64,000 nt of DNA from Acidimicrobiia bacterium. GTDB taxonomy: Bacteria; Actinomycetota; Acidimicrobiia; IMCC26256; JAGPDB01. The notes below the pieces were generated by a model. The model was not told where the DNA came from. It saw only the letters and a program-made list of their open reading frames with translations, and made no database searches. Position 1 is the first letter of the stretch. Every line of letters begins with the position of its first letter. The translations under genes were made by a program, and so were the position numbers. The stretch lies in contig JAGPDB010000004.1 in the NCBI GenBank assembly GCA_018057765.1, positions 12,691 through 76,690 of the forward strand, in the 5' to 3' direction. Shown piece by piece: positions 61,652 to 64,000 of this stretch.

Positions 61652-64000
61652 ATGTCAGAAACCGAATCTAAAATATCAATTTCAGCAGAACCTAAATTTC
61701 GCTATAGTGCAAAACTAGCGAATGATATAGAGTTGAAATGGCAAAAATATTGGGAAGAATCTGATGCTTTTTATTCACCGAACCCAAGTGGTGAACTAGC
61801 CAATACCAATCCCGAAATCAACCGTCACGCTGAAATTAAACCAAAAATGTTTATTATGGATATGTTCCCTTATCCATCGGGGGCAGGTCTTCATGTTGGT
61901 CACCCTTTAGGTTTTATTGCTACTGATGTATACTCTCGCTTTAAACGTATGACGGGTTTTAACGTTCTTTACACTATGGGTATGGATGCTTTTGGTCTGC
62001 CTGCTGAACAGTATGCAATAGCAACTAATACTCATCCACGTATTACAACTGAAACCAATATTGCAAATATGAATCGCCAGCTTGGTCGAATAGGTTTGAG
62101 TCACGATAAGCGTCGGGCGGTATCTACTATTGATCCTAATTATTTTAAATGGACACAAAGTATTTTCTTAACTATTTATAACTCATATATGGATGAGAAA
62201 ACAAACAAAGCTGCACCGATAGAGAAGTTAATTTCTGAATATGAAAATGGAACTCGTAATGTTGAGGGCGCAAGTTTTAGCGATCTTTCTAAAAAAGAAA
62301 AAACAAAAATTATTGATGGTTTTAGGCTTGCTTATTTAGCCGACTCTATTGTCAATTGGTGTCCTGGACTAGGAACTGTTTTAGCTAATGAGGAAGTTAC
62401 TGCTGAAGGAAAATCTGAACGGGGCAATTTTGATGTTTTCAAAAAGCCAATGAAACAATGGATGATGCGTATAACTAAATATGCAGATCGACTCATTGAG
62501 GATCTTGATTTTATTGATTGGCCAGAATCTTTAAAACTAATGCAACGCAATTGGATAGGAAAATCTAAAGGTGCGATTTTAAGTTTCGATGTGAAAGATT
62601 CGAACGAAAAAATTGAAGTTTTTACCACACGTACAGACACTATTTTTTCAGCAGCTTTTATAGTTTTAGCTCCAGAGAATCCCTTGGTACAACAAATTAC
62701 TACCCCTGAACAAAAAAACTCCGTTGAAGCATATATCAAAGAGTCTTCTGCTAAAAATGATATTGAACGTACTGCTCAAGACAAAGAGAAGACCGGTGTT
62801 TTTACTGGTGCGCATGTTATTAATCCTGCAAATGATGAAGTGATTCCCATTTGGATAGGTGATTTCGTTCTAGCTAATTATGGAACTGGTGCGGTATTTG
62901 GTGATATTCATGATGAGCGTGACTTCGAGTTTTTGAAAAAGTTTGATATTCCAGCATGTATTGCGATAATTCCAGAAGACGAAGAGGAAGCAAAAAAAGT
63001 TATTGCAAAAGAATATCCTTTTACGGGAAATGGTATTTTGGTGGATTCTGGTGAATTTTCGGGTATGAAATCTGATATTGCTTTACCCGAGATGGTAGCT
63101 TGGCTAGCCGAAAAAGGTCATGCCAAAGTGACAACAAATTATCGTCTTCGTGATTGGCTATTTTCGCGCCAACGTTATTGGGGTGAACCTTTCCCTATTG
63201 TTTATGACAAAGAAGGTATTGCACATGATATTCCTACTTCAATGTTGCCTTTAGAACTTCCTTTATTGGAAAACTTTGCTCCTGAATCTAGTGATGATCC
63301 AGATGCAAAACCTAAACCTCCCTTAGGCAGGGTTTCTGATTGGGTTAATGTCGAACTCGATTTGGGTAGGGGAGAAGGTCTACAAAAATATACGCGCGAA
63401 ACAAATACTATGCCTAATTGGGCTGGTTCATGTTGGTATTATTTACGTTATTGTGACCCAGAAAATCAAGACGTACTTATTGATCCTGAGATTGAAAAAT
63501 ATTGGTCCGGTATAAAAACTAATCCTAATAAAGAAAAATCAGGTATGGTTGATTTATATGTTGGTGGGGTAGAACATGCTGTGCTTCACCTTTTATATGC
63601 GCGTTTTTGGCATAAAGTTTTATTTGATCGAGGTATTGTTTCTACCGAAGAGCCTTTCGCAAAACTTTTTAACCAAGGAATGATTCAGGCTCACGCTTAC
63701 ACTGATGAGCGTGGCGTATATGTTGAGGCGAGCAAAGTTACCGAATTTAATGGTCAGTATTTATATACTGATGATGAAAAGGGTGAGATAGAAGTAAGTC
63801 GTGAGTTCGGCAAAATGGGTAAGTCACTAAAAAATATTGTGACACCTGATGAAATGTGTGAGAGTTATGGAGCAGATACATTACGTCTTTACGAAATGTT
63901 TATGGGTCCACTTGATATGAGTCGCCCATGGTCTACTTCTGATGTGAGCGGTGTTTATCGTTTCTTGCAACGTATTTGGAGGAATATTGTTGATGAGGAA
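61652..64000 (+). CDS. leuS: Leucyl-tRNA synthetase, 3' end beyond window
   Basis: Absent from the ORF track because there is no stop in the window. From ATG 61652 it reads MSETESKISISAEPKFRYSAKLANDIELKWQKYW...MFPYPSGAGLHVGHPLGF (HIGH)...FGKMGKSLKN (KMSKS-like). The minus ORFs 61907..62158 and 62332..62739 are antisense shadows. Confidence 0.92.
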   Translation, partial: MSETESKISISAEPKFRYSAKLANDIELKWQKYWEESDAFYSPNPSGELANTNPEINRHAEIKPKMFIMDMFPYPSGAGLHVGHPLGFIATDVYSRFKRMTGFNVLYTMGMDAFGLPAEQYAIATNTHPRITTETNIANMNRQLGRIGLSHDKRRAVSTIDPNYFKWTQSIFLTIYNSYMDEKTNKAAPIEKLISEYENGTRNVEGASFSDLSKKEKTKIIDGFRLAYLADSIVNWCPGLGTVLANEEVTAEGKSERGNFDVFKKPMKQWMMRITKYADRLIEDLDFIDWPESLKLMQRNWIGKSKGAILSFDVKDSNEKIEVFTTRTDTIFSAAFIVLAPENPLVQQITTPEQKNSVEAYIKESSAKNDIERTAQDKEKTGVFTGAHVINPANDEVIPIWIGDFVLANYGTGAVFGDIHDERDFEFLKKFDIPACIAIIPEDEEEAKKVIAKEYPFTGNGILVDSGEFSGMKSDIALPEMVAWLAEKGHAKVTTNYRLRDWLFSRQRYWGEPFPIVYDKEGIAHDIPTSMLPLELPLLENFAPESSDDPDAKPKPPLGRVSDWVNVELDLGRGEGLQKYTRETNTMPNWAGSCWYYLRYCDPENQDVLIDPEIEKYWSGIKTNPNKEKSGMVDLYVGGVEHAVLHLLYARFWHKVLFDRGIVSTEEPFAKLFNQGMIQAHAYTDERGVYVEASKVTEFNGQYLYTDDEKGEIEVSREFGKMGKSLKNIVTPDEMCESYGADTLRLYEMFMGPLDMSRPWSTSDVSGVYRFLQRIWRNIVDEE

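Noticed and set aside
61907-62739. Minus-strand ORFs 61907..62158 and 62332..62739
   Set aside because: Both lie inside the + strand leuS reading frame, which carries the HIGH motif HVGHPLGF and stays open to the window end. They are antisense artefacts of AT-rich coding sequence.
1-64000. Search for CRISPR arrays, rRNA, transposases, integrases, toxin-antitoxin pairs, reverse transcriptases or known defence-system enzymes
   Set aside because: None was recognised on either strand. The only nucleotide-level repeats found are intragenic (S8 protease, giant PG-binding protein, coiled-coil protein) or short inverted repeats.

Overview
An AT-rich (roughly one-third G+C by eye), tightly packed chromosomal segment. 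Function calls rest on motifs I could read in the translations; no searches were run. The backbone is the classic actinobacterial core synteny: tig-clpP-clpX / valS-folC / ndk-mreB-mreC-mreD-mrdA-rodA / rne / rplU-rpmA-obg-proB / proA-nadD-rsfS / leuS. Many gene junctions overlap by 1-23 nt. There are three tRNAs (Gly-UCC, Pro-UGG, Ala-GGC). I saw no rRNA, CRISPR array, transposase or integrase. The composition and compaction suggest a streamlined aquatic or marine actinobacterium. Accessory genes sit in the slots between core blocks: (1) a secreted S8 protease with near-identical 126-bp tandem repeats, plus NUDIX and SGNH hydrolases; (2) efeUOB iron uptake; (3) SRAP, an ABC exporter, a Delta12-type desaturase with an O-methyltransferase, a CHASE-like histidine kinase, a REC-only regulator, a Crp/Fnr regulator, small stress-like proteins, and a CopC-CopD fusion; (4) a BcsA-like membrane protein with an intact PilZ domain but degenerate glycosyltransferase signatures; (5) a BldC-like DNA binder and a degenerate GGDEF protein (SNGEF, I-site kept) wedged between proB and proA. 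The best candidate for an undescribed system is the orphan cluster at about 49.9-56.6 kb, with a related ORF at 58.2-58.9 kb. It contains a 1029-aa protein with four peptidoglycan-binding modules, a Pro/Thr linker and an unassignable Cys-containing C-terminal domain. Around it lie a putative lipoprotein, a small acidic protein, a bitopic coiled-coil membrane protein and a 531-aa all-helical repeat protein. Smaller oddities: a CDS whose AUG lies 1 nt after a tRNA CCA end, an rsfS with no canonical start codon, a His-rich tail on trigger factor, a 16-bp inverted repeat over the copCD start, and long leaders before rne and metY.
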